From Ruminococcaceae bacterium UBA3903 (lineage in GTDB: Bacteria; Bacillota; Clostridia; Oscillospirales; Acutalibacteraceae), in NCBI GenBank assembly GCA_002391625.1, contig DGFJ01000007.1, positions 5,900 through 69,899 on the forward strand: DNA of 64,000 nucleotides, written 5' to 3'. The notes beneath the pieces were generated by a model that saw only the letters and a program-made list of their open reading frames with translations, ran no database searches and was not told where the DNA came from. Positions 56,579 to 64,000 of this stretch are shown piece by piece. The translations under genes and the position numbers were made by a program. The number at the start of each line of letters is the position of its first letter. The first letter of the stretch is position 1.

Positions 56579-58189
56579 TTATTGAGCTGTCACTTTAGAT
56601 GAAGCGGATGCTGTTACAGCTTCATCAACAATTTTTTCACTACTATTTTGTGAAATTAGGTTTGCTAGATTATCAGCGTTTTCACCAACAACTGAATAAG
56701 AGCTACAGGTAAATAGTAAATCTGTAATGCCTAAATCCTTAACAAAGTTAACAAGATTAATTTGTGAATAACGCATATCCATAACGTAAATTTCAGAGAA
56801 GGAGCTGGTGTAGAACGGTATTTCAGCATTGCCGTAGCTGTCCTTTACCACGCACAGCTTCCTACCGTTGGTGACATCAGTTTTAACCTTAACTATGCTG
56901 TCATCGCCACCCATAAATGTTAAGTAGGCGTTGTCCGTGTCTGTGTTAACAAGCAGCTCACCTTCATCTTGGAAATTAAACGATTGATCATAATAGTAGG
57001 TTTTATATTTATTTTTAGGCACGTAATAGGTAAATGTTTCAGGGTCATTTTTAATATTGACATCACCTGTAAACGCATACATAGTTCCTACAAAGCCTTC
57101 AATATTCTGTGGTGTATAGGTGCTAATATCAGCAAAAGGCACACCCGCTGTTGATGCAAACAGCTGCGAAGCATAGTATGCACCAAGCGGCTGCCAATGG
57201 TGATCTGTTCGGCAATAAATTGGCTCTGTTGTATGCTGTTTTAAAACATCACAAGGATTAATTGAAGCTATACCAGAATTCATCTTGCCGGCAATTTTAT
57301 TAAAGCAGTCAGATTGGCTGGTTGTATAATCAGAATATTGCAATGGAGTGTAAAATTCACAAGCCAACGGATTAGGCATAGAATAAACCTTTACGCTGGA
57401 GCCTAGCTTTGCGTGAATATCATTCAGCGCCTCAATGTATGAGGTACCTGAACCTCCGCCAAAAAGCTCTAAGGCTCGCCAATGACCATCCTGATTAACA
57501 GAAATTAATCCATTATTGTAGTTAGCATCTGCATTTTCCTGAGTGTAATCCTTGTCAGTAGCAGCTTCTGTAGGCTGTTGAGCATTACTGGATGTTACAT
57601 CAGTCGGTGAAGCCACGCTAGAATCCTCAGATTTACTGCTGTTTACAACCTGTATTTTACCAGTAACCTTAACATTATTACTAGATGGAAAGCCTAATAA
57701 GCCCAGCATAGAGTTACTGGCATTTTTTAGGTCATCTCGAAAAGGCACAGTATCATCATAACATTTAGCAATAGAACTAGTAAATGAACCAGAAAAATAG
57801 CTTTCAAAGGAAAAGCTAGGCATTGTCGCCAAGGTTCTGTTTTCTGTTTCAGATACTGTAGGGTGAGGCAAAACCAAAATCAGAAAAGCTATAATAAAGA
57901 ATATTGGCACAATAACGAGCAAGCTTATTATTGAAAAGCCATTTTCTAGGGCAGATTTGCTTAACCCATCAATACCTCGTTTTTTGTTATCATGAGGTCT
58001 TCTGCTTGATGAGGTTCTATTGGTTGAAGAACGTCTGTTGCTTGTTTTCGATGATGAATAAATATTTCTATTAGAATAAGAGCGGTCACGAGTATTGCGT
58101 TGTTCCTCTGTATTATCACGTGTACCACTGGGCTTATCTTCAAAATATTCTAACGAATATGGCTTATCTTCATACTTGTTTTCGTCCAT
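56579..58189 (-). CDS. DHHW-family protein (AlgJ/AlgX/PatB-like extracytoplasmic acyltransferase candidate), single TM anchor
   Basis: The RTDHHW motif. An ~85-aa Ser/Arg/Asn-rich N-terminal tail precedes one TM span (FSIISLLVIVPIFFIIAFLILVL) and a large external domain. Confidence 0.75.
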   Translation of the reverse strand: MDENKYEDKPYSLEYFEDKPSGTRDNTEEQRNTRDRSYSNRNIYSSSKTSNRRSSTNRTSSSRRPHDNKKRGIDGLSKSALENGFSIISLLVIVPIFFIIAFLILVLPHPTVSETENRTLATMPSFSFESYFSGSFTSSIAKCYDDTVPFRDDLKNASNSMLGLLGFPSSNNVKVTGKIQVVNSSKSEDSSVASPTDVTSSNAQQPTEAATDKDYTQENADANYNNGLISVNQDGHWRALELFGGGSGTSYIEALNDIHAKLGSSVKVYSMPNPLACEFYTPLQYSDYTTSQSDCFNKIAGKMNSGIASINPCDVLKQHTTEPIYCRTDHHWQPLGAYYASQLFASTAGVPFADISTYTPQNIEGFVGTMYAFTGDVNIKNDPETFTYYVPKNKYKTYYYDQSFNFQDEGELLVNTDTDNAYLTFMGGDDSIVKVKTDVTNGRKLCVVKDSYGNAEIPFYTSSFSEIYVMDMRYSQINLVNFVKDLGITDLLFTCSSYSVVGENADNLANLISQNSSEKIVDEAVTASASSKVTAQ

Positions 58190-58232
58190 GGCAATTCTCC
58201 TTGTGAGTTAACATAAAATGAGTTTCATTTTA

Positions 58233-59651
58233 TTAGAATCTAAAATACAGGAATGGATTGTTTGTTGCATTAACCAATAAAATAGTACAAATTACCAATA
58301 ATCCACAGCAGGAAACAGTTGACAAAATTTGTCCTGTTGCAAACCTTTTGTTTGTACTGTTGAAAAAATCTTTAAGCTTTGGCAAGACAGGCAAGCAACA
58401 CATCACAGAAGCTGCGAATAAGAAAAAGTTGTTCAAAAAGCTTGTCCATGTTATAGTGTCAAACATAGCGCTGCCGTTTGTAATCATGCTAATGCCAGAA
58501 ATATTAAGGAAAAACTGTCCCAGCTGGCCAAAGTCTTCAAAGCAGAAAATGCCAAAGCCAATAATAATTACAGCCTTGCTATATAAATGTGAAGCCCAAA
58601 CTGGCCATTTTTTCATACGCTTTTTGCCTAGCTTTAGTTCTAGGAATATAAATGCACCAAAATATAATCCCCAAATAATATAGTTCCATGAAGCACCATG
58701 CCACATACCTGTGCAGAACCATACTAAAAACAGTCCCAAATATTTACGAGGTCTTCCCAAAATAGGAACATACAACAAATAATCACGGAAGAATGAACCT
58801 AAGGATATGTGCCATCTTTGCCAGAACTCTGAAATATTTTTGCTTATGAAGGGGTGTCTAAAGTTTTCGTCAAAGTGAAAACCAAATATTCTGCCCATAC
58901 CAATTGCCATATCAGAATAACCGCTAAAATCAAAATAAACATACATTGAATATACAATAACAGTATACCATGTACCACCAACAGACAGATTAGAAATATC
59001 ATTTCCAATAAAAAAGGTGTTAACGATAGCATACAAATTATTAGCCAAGATAACCTTTTTTGCCAAACCAACCATCAACCTAAAGGCGCCCTCTTTAATG
59101 TCTGTGGCTGTAATTTTTCTATTATCAATTTCATCCTCAATGACACTGTACCTAACGATAGGTCCAGCAACCAGCTGTGGAAACAAGGAAACATACATCA
59201 AAAACTTTGGATAAGCATGCTGTACCTTTACTGTACCCCAATAACAATCCATAATATATGAAATAATCTGGAATGTGTAGAAGCTAATACCGATTGGTAA
59301 TGCGATATTTGGCAATGGGATAGATGCACCTGTAAAATAATTAATATTTCCTACAATAAAGTCACTATATTTGAATACTATCAGCATACCTAGGTTAAAT
59401 ATTAATGCCAACGCTACAGCCAATTTTGCACCCGTCCGTTCATAGTGCTTTTCAATAAGTAACCCAATAAAATAGTTAACTATCGTACTAAATAATAAGA
59501 TAAAAATACATAACGGCTCACCCCAAGCGTAAAAGATTAGGGAAAAAACTATTAGAACAATGTTTCTATTTTTAGATTTTTTTGTAACAAAATACGCAAT
59601 CAAGCAAAGTGGTAAAAACACATACAAAAAAAATAAATCTGAAAATACCAT
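58233..59651 (-). CDS. MBOAT-family membrane O-acyltransferase (AlgI/DltB/PatA-like)
   Basis: FYAWGEP near the N-terminus, FWQRWHISLGSFFRDYLLY, and a conserved His in TGMWHGASWNY. An AAAGGAG RBS precedes the start. Confidence 0.9.
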   Translation of the reverse strand: MVFSDLFFLYVFLPLCLIAYFVTKKSKNRNIVLIVFSLIFYAWGEPLCIFILLFSTIVNYFIGLLIEKHYERTGAKLAVALALIFNLGMLIVFKYSDFIVGNINYFTGASIPLPNIALPIGISFYTFQIISYIMDCYWGTVKVQHAYPKFLMYVSLFPQLVAGPIVRYSVIEDEIDNRKITATDIKEGAFRLMVGLAKKVILANNLYAIVNTFFIGNDISNLSVGGTWYTVIVYSMYVYFDFSGYSDMAIGMGRIFGFHFDENFRHPFISKNISEFWQRWHISLGSFFRDYLLYVPILGRPRKYLGLFLVWFCTGMWHGASWNYIIWGLYFGAFIFLELKLGKKRMKKWPVWASHLYSKAVIIIGFGIFCFEDFGQLGQFFLNISGISMITNGSAMFDTITWTSFLNNFFLFAASVMCCLPVLPKLKDFFNSTNKRFATGQILSTVSCCGLLVICTILLVNATNNPFLYFRF

Positions 59652-59764
59652 TGTGCAGCTCCTTTTCTTTAAAAGTTTGCTAATATTATAGCAATAATAT
59701 GTTTATATTCACATCTACAAACGGCTTAGCAAACATAATTTAGTAAATTATTCATAATTTTTCC

Positions 59765-59793
59765 ATATTACCTTTTATTAGCCAGTGTGTAAA
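59765..59793 (-). promoter_or_regulatory. Sigma-A-type promoter candidate of the MBOAT operon
   Basis: On the minus strand, TTTACA (59793-59788) - 17 nt - TAATAT (59770-59765). This leaves a leader of about 105 nt before the AAAGGAG RBS. Confidence 0.45.
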
Positions 59794-59907
59794 CACAATT
59801 TGTCTAATTATATCACTTTTTCCGTTGATAGTAAAGATTTCCCATTATGAATTTTATGTAAAATATTATGATTTTCAGCGGATATATTTTTAAGTGTTTA
59901 TTCATAT

Positions 59908-59949
59908 CAAAAAAATCACAGTAGACCAGTTATTATACTGACCTACTGT
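59908..59949 (-). terminator. Rho-independent terminator after the AI-2E transporter gene
   Basis: On the minus strand, ACAGTAGgtCAG...CTGgtCTACTGT (7+3 bp with an internal mismatch) followed by GAUUUUUUUG. Confidence 0.65.
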
Positions 59950-59972
59950 TAATGAAATAAATACTGTACATA

Positions 59973-61244
59973 TTATTTTTCTTGATTTTTTCTAGCATGA
60001 AAAGCTTTGTAGATTTTTGATTGCTTAAAGAAATACGGTTTCTTTTCTTTATTGTGAATTATGTCTGTATTGGGTTCCTGACCCAGCTCATCGGCATATT
60101 CACCTTCAGAAATTCTTCTGTTTACATCTGTGCCAAGTAAAACATATATTATTGAAAAAACAGGAACTGCTATAAACATACCTATTACGCCAAACAATCC
60201 TCCACCAATAATAACGCTGGTCATTATCCAAAAGCCAGAGATACCAATAGAGCTGCCCATAATTCTAGGTCCTATAATATTACCGTCAATCTGCTGCAAT
60301 ACTACAATAAATACAGTAAACCATATGGCCTCTATAGGGTCAATAATAAGCATTATTAGCACGCTGGGTACAGCACCTAGGAATGGACCAAACACAGGGA
60401 TAACATTAGTTATACCTATGATAACACTAATTAACAAGGCATAGTCAAAACGGAAAATTGACATACCAACAAAGCAAAGCATGCCTATTATCAAAGAATC
60501 AATTATTCTGCCGTAAATATACCTGCCGAACATTTTGTTAGAAAGCTGGGCTATATCCAAAACCTTTGGAAGGAACTTTGAAGGAATGTATGCATAGGTT
60601 ATTTTTTTTGTTTGATAGATTAGCTTATCTTTACACGCCAACAGATAAAATGATACTATTAGACCCATACTAATATTATAAATATTAGTTGTAAAATTAA
60701 CGGTAAAGTCAAACAGACTAGGAGCAATATACGTTGCCGCATTTTGTATAAAGGCTTTTAGCTCTCCGCCGGTTACTAATTTTACTATATCATTAATTAT
60801 TTGAAACAGGTCGCTGTCCTCTGGTATTGCGTTATTAAGATATTTTGTTGAGAAATCTATTATTGACTGCTGTAGAGTGTTGGCATAGCCTGAAAAGTTT
60901 TTTGTTAGCTGTTCAAAGCTGGCTATTAATTGTGGTATTAATATAACAATTAAAAATGCAATAATTCCAAATACAATAACATATGCGGTTATTAGTGCTA
61001 AAGGTTTACGCAGTATTTGCAAAAACTTTCCTTTTTTTGCAAGGCCGCTGTACGCATGGTCAGCAAAAAACGCATAAGGCTTGTTTATTATATACGCTAT
61101 ACAAAAACCAACAATAAATGGTGTTATTACAATTAAAACAAAACCCAGAATATCCCATACAACCTTAAAATTGTTCATTATAAAAAACAACAATGCGGCG
61201 AACAAGATCAACAATAAAAAGCTTTTAAACTTTTTTGAGCTCAT
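59973..61244 (-). CDS. AI-2E family transporter (PerM / UPF0118)
   Basis: A 423-aa polytopic protein with a typical C-terminal core (ITNVIPVFGPFLGAVP ... GPRIMGSSIGISGFW). Confidence 0.85.
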   Translation of the reverse strand: MSSKKFKSFLLLILFAALLFFIMNNFKVVWDILGFVLIVITPFIVGFCIAYIINKPYAFFADHAYSGLAKKGKFLQILRKPLALITAYVIVFGIIAFLIVILIPQLIASFEQLTKNFSGYANTLQQSIIDFSTKYLNNAIPEDSDLFQIINDIVKLVTGGELKAFIQNAATYIAPSLFDFTVNFTTNIYNISMGLIVSFYLLACKDKLIYQTKKITYAYIPSKFLPKVLDIAQLSNKMFGRYIYGRIIDSLIIGMLCFVGMSIFRFDYALLISVIIGITNVIPVFGPFLGAVPSVLIMLIIDPIEAIWFTVFIVVLQQIDGNIIGPRIMGSSIGISGFWIMTSVIIGGGLFGVIGMFIAVPVFSIIYVLLGTDVNRRISEGEYADELGQEPNTDIIHNKEKKPYFFKQSKIYKAFHARKNQEK

Positions 61245-61272
61245 TACATCTCCCCCTTTTCCTTGAAATGAT

Positions 61273-64000
61273 TTATCCGAACAGTGACATCTGGCTGCTT
61301 TCCGGCAATCCGTTTAAGGCATTAACGCTTCTTAAGGTATCAACAACAGCAGTAGATATTTTTGCACGTGTTTTTAGTTCCTCTATAGATAAATATTTCC
61401 CCTGCTTACCACAATGTGCCAAGCTTTCTGCTGCTGATTCACCAACGCCGGTCAAAGAACTAAACGGTAAACGTATTTTACCATCCTCTATAATAAATTT
61501 TTTAGCATCTGATTTATATATATCAATAGGCAACACAACTATTCCTCGTGCCAGCATTTCATTAACAATTTGCAATGTAGCAAACTCGGTTTTGTCTTTC
61601 GCTGTTGTGGCATAGCCCTTTTGCTTAATATTGTTCATTTTTCTTACAACAGCATCCTTACCCTGCAAAACAGTTGATGCATCAAAATCATCACTTCGCA
61701 CGGAAAAATATGCTGCATAATATGCAACTGGTGTGTGAACCTTGTACCAACCCAGTCGTAATGTAGCTATCATATATGCTGCTGCGTGTGCCTTTGGGAA
61801 CATATATTTTATCTTCATACAAGAGTCTATATACCAATCTGGCACATTATGCTCCTTCATAGCATTAATATGTTCTTCTGTCAACAGTCTGGTAGCATTG
61901 CCTTTACGAACAATCTCCATTATTTTAAATGCCATTTTAGGCTCTAGCCCCTTATGGAGCAAATAGGTCATAATGCTGTCACGTGTACCAATAACATTGG
62001 ATATTGTACAGGTATTTGACTTAATAAGCTCCGCAGCATTACCTATCCAAACATCTGTACCATGTGACAAGCCAGCTATTTGCAGAAGGTCAGTAAATGT
62101 TTTAGGCTGAGTTTCAATAAGCATTTGTCGCACAAAGCCTGTGCCAACCTCTGGCAATGAAAAGGTACCTGTTTGAGAATCTATATCCTCCGGCTGTACA
62201 CCTAATGCCTTGGTGGAAACAAACAATGACATAACATCAGGGTCACTCATAGAAACATCCATAACGCTGACACCTGTATATTCCTCCAAATAATGATAAA
62301 TTGTAGGCACATCATGTCCTAGCTCGTCCAGCTTACATATTGTATCATGTATAGAGTGGAAATCAAAATGTGTTGTAATATTATCGGATTTTTGGTCATT
62401 GGCTGGGTGCTGTACAGGACAAAAGTCATATGCTTCATAACCACGAGGTACTACAACCATACCACCAGGATGCTGTCCTGTTGTACGCTTGACACCTGTA
62501 CAGCCAGTGGATAATCGTAATTCTTCTGCCTTGTGCATTACCATTTCTTTTGTTTCACAGTATTTTTTTACATATCCGTATGCAGTTTTATCAGCAACAG
62601 TAGCGATAGTGCCTGCCTTAAAAACATTATCCTTTCCAAACAGCTCCTCGGTATATCTGTGAGAGCTGGATTGATACTCACCGCTGAAATTAAGGTCAAT
62701 ATCAGGTGTTTTATCACCTTCAAAGCCCAGAAATGTTTCAAAAGGTATTTCATGACCATCCTGCTGGTACTGGGTCCCACATTCAGGACATTTTTTAGGC
62801 GGAAGATCAAAGCCAGAGCCGTAGCTGCCGTCTGTAAAAAATTCGCTATGCTTGCATTTTGGACAAACATAATGAGGGCATAACGGGTTAACCTCTGAAA
62901 TACCAGACATAGTAGCAACAAAGGATGAGCCAACCGAGCCTCGTGAGCCTACCAAATATCCATGTGCTTCGCTGTCTGCAACCAGCTTTTGAGCTGTCAT
63001 ATACAATATAGAGAAGCCATATTTTGTAATAGCACCTAGCTCCCTGTCTAATCTTTCCTTAACTATATCGGGTAATGGGTCACCATACTTGTCCTTTGCA
63101 CGCTGCCATGTAATAGATGTCAGCTGTTCCTCCGCACCATCAATAAAAGGCGGAAAAACGCCCTTTGGTATAGGTCGCACGTTTTCTATCATATCAGAAA
63201 TAATATTAGTATTTTCTACCACTACCTCGTAGGCCTTTTTCTCCCCTAAATAGGCAAATTCATCCAACATTTCTGCGGTTGTTCTGTAATATAATGGTGC
63301 TTGATTATCAGCGTCACTAAAGCCTTGCGCTGCCATTAATATTTTGCGATAATCACTGTCGTGGGGCTCCATAAAATGCACGTCACAGGTAGCTACCACA
63401 GGGATATTTAGCTGTTCACCGAGCTTAACAATGTTTTTATTATACTCCTGCAGCTCCTGTATATTCTTAGCTGTACCATTGTTCACCATAAACATATTGT
63501 TGGCAACTGGCTGTATTTCTAAATAATCATAAAATGATGCAATTTCCTTTAGCTCTCCCCATGGCTTTCCATCTAACATACCACGGAAAAGTTCGCCCGC
63601 TTCACAGGCACTGCCTATTATTAATCCTTCTCTGTACTTAATAAGCTGTGTTTTAGGTATTCTTGGCTTTTTATAGAAGTAATTTAAGTGAGCCATAGAA
63701 ATTAATTTGTATAAGTTTTTTAGACCCACTTGATTTTTTACTAAAATAATTTGGTGATATGATCTCAGCTTTTTAAAATCAGCACCTGTTATCTTTACGT
63801 TAATTTCCTGAGTAGATTTAAGCCCAAAATCTTGTTTTAATCTATCTAATAAATTAATAAATATTCTGGCTAAAATCTCAGCATCATCAGTGGCACGATG
63901 ATGATTAAAATTGCCTAAGCGTAAATACTTTGCTACCGTATCAAGCTTACAATTTTTTATATCCTTTAAAACGGCCCGACAAATTGCGACTGTATCAATA
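61273..64000 (-). CDS. polC: DNA polymerase III PolC-type alpha subunit (C-terminal ~900 aa; the N-terminus lies beyond the right edge)
   Basis: The polymerase core, the zinc module [14 protein letters not shown]...CPECG, and a C-terminal HhH. I translated 63730-64000 and the frame stays open in frame (...[15 protein letters not shown], exonuclease ExoIII motif). The start at 63729 in the ORF track is therefore an internal GTG. Confidence 0.95.
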   Translation of the reverse strand, partial: IDTVAICRAVLKDIKNCKLDTVAKYLRLGNFNHHRATDDAEILARIFINLLDRLKQDFGLKSTQEINVKITGADFKKLRSYHQIILVKNQVGLKNLYKLISMAHLNYFYKKPRIPKTQLIKYREGLIIGSACEAGELFRGMLDGKPWGELKEIASFYDYLEIQPVANNMFMVNNGTAKNIQELQEYNKNIVKLGEQLNIPVVATCDVHFMEPHDSDYRKILMAAQGFSDADNQAPLYYRTTAEMLDEFAYLGEKKAYEVVVENTNIISDMIENVRPIPKGVFPPFIDGAEEQLTSITWQRAKDKYGDPLPDIVKERLDRELGAITKYGFSILYMTAQKLVADSEAHGYLVGSRGSVGSSFVATMSGISEVNPLCPHYVCPKCKHSEFFTDGSYGSGFDLPPKKCPECGTQYQQDGHEIPFETFLGFEGDKTPDIDLNFSGEYQSSSHRYTEELFGKDNVFKAGTIATVADKTAYGYVKKYCETKEMVMHKAEELRLSTGCTGVKRTTGQHPGGMVVVPRGYEAYDFCPVQHPANDQKSDNITTHFDFHSIHDTICKLDELGHDVPTIYHYLEEYTGVSVMDVSMSDPDVMSLFVSTKALGVQPEDIDSQTGTFSLPEVGTGFVRQMLIETQPKTFTDLLQIAGLSHGTDVWIGNAAELIKSNTCTISNVIGTRDSIMTYLLHKGLEPKMAFKIMEIVRKGNATRLLTEEHINAMKEHNVPDWYIDSCMKIKYMFPKAHAAAYMIATLRLGWYKVHTPVAYYAAYFSVRSDDFDASTVLQGKDAVVRKMNNIKQKGYATTAKDKTEFATLQIVNEMLARGIVVLPIDIYKSDAKKFIIEDGKIRLPFSSLTGVGESAAESLAHCGKQGKYLSIEELKTRAKISTAVVDTLRSVNALNGLPESSQMSLFG

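Noticed and set aside
61235-61615. 126-aa plus-strand ORF overlapping the AI-2E start and the polC 3' end, plus internal polC ORFs at 61742-61966, 62533-62883 and 62568-62933
   Set aside because: They are either antisense to polC or out of frame with it, and I recognised no independent coding signal.
63727-63729. Apparent start codon of polC at 63729 in the ORF track
   Set aside because: It is an internal GTG. I translated upstream to 64000 and the frame stays open, encoding the PolC exonuclease ExoIII motif (HHRATDDA). The gene is therefore truncated by the window edge.

Overview
This is an AT-rich chromosomal segment of Firmicutes/Clostridia type. The markers are a PolC-type replicase, HemZ, RelA, and the conserved nusB-xseAB-ispA-dxs-tlyA-nadK-argR-recN block. 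I support about 59 protein genes. Roughly four fifths are on the minus strand, they are tightly packed, and many pairs have ATGA/TAATG overlaps. Most are core housekeeping: mazG and a YabM-like flippase, hemZ, dtd, relA, recJ, recN, argR, nadK, dxs, ispA, xseAB, nusB, tadA, murD, feoAB with a DtxR-family repressor, ilvE, mtaB, a hisZGDCBA-I-E operon, and polC. I saw no rRNA, tRNA, CRISPR array, transposase, integrase or prophage signature. Five things are not ordinary. (1) A four-gene minus-strand operon at 54.5-59.7 kb encodes an MBOAT, a DHHW protein, an FkbH/HAD-IIIC enzyme and an acyl carrier protein. It has the logic of the Dlt D-alanylation machine but a different loading enzyme, and it is my best candidate for an uncharacterised envelope-modification system. 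(2) A 1369-aa orphan RND permease carries an insertion of about 340 residues of heptad/coiled-coil sequence in its first extracytoplasmic loop. (3) A roughly 190-nt structured island at 41.6-41.8 kb looks more G+C-rich than its flanks, and its helices contain wobble pairs only on the minus strand, so it is a candidate sRNA. (4) The his operon lacks hisH and hisF. (5) Several small candidate regulatory palindromes are present. All calls come from reading the supplied translations and sequence by eye. No database search or folding program was run.
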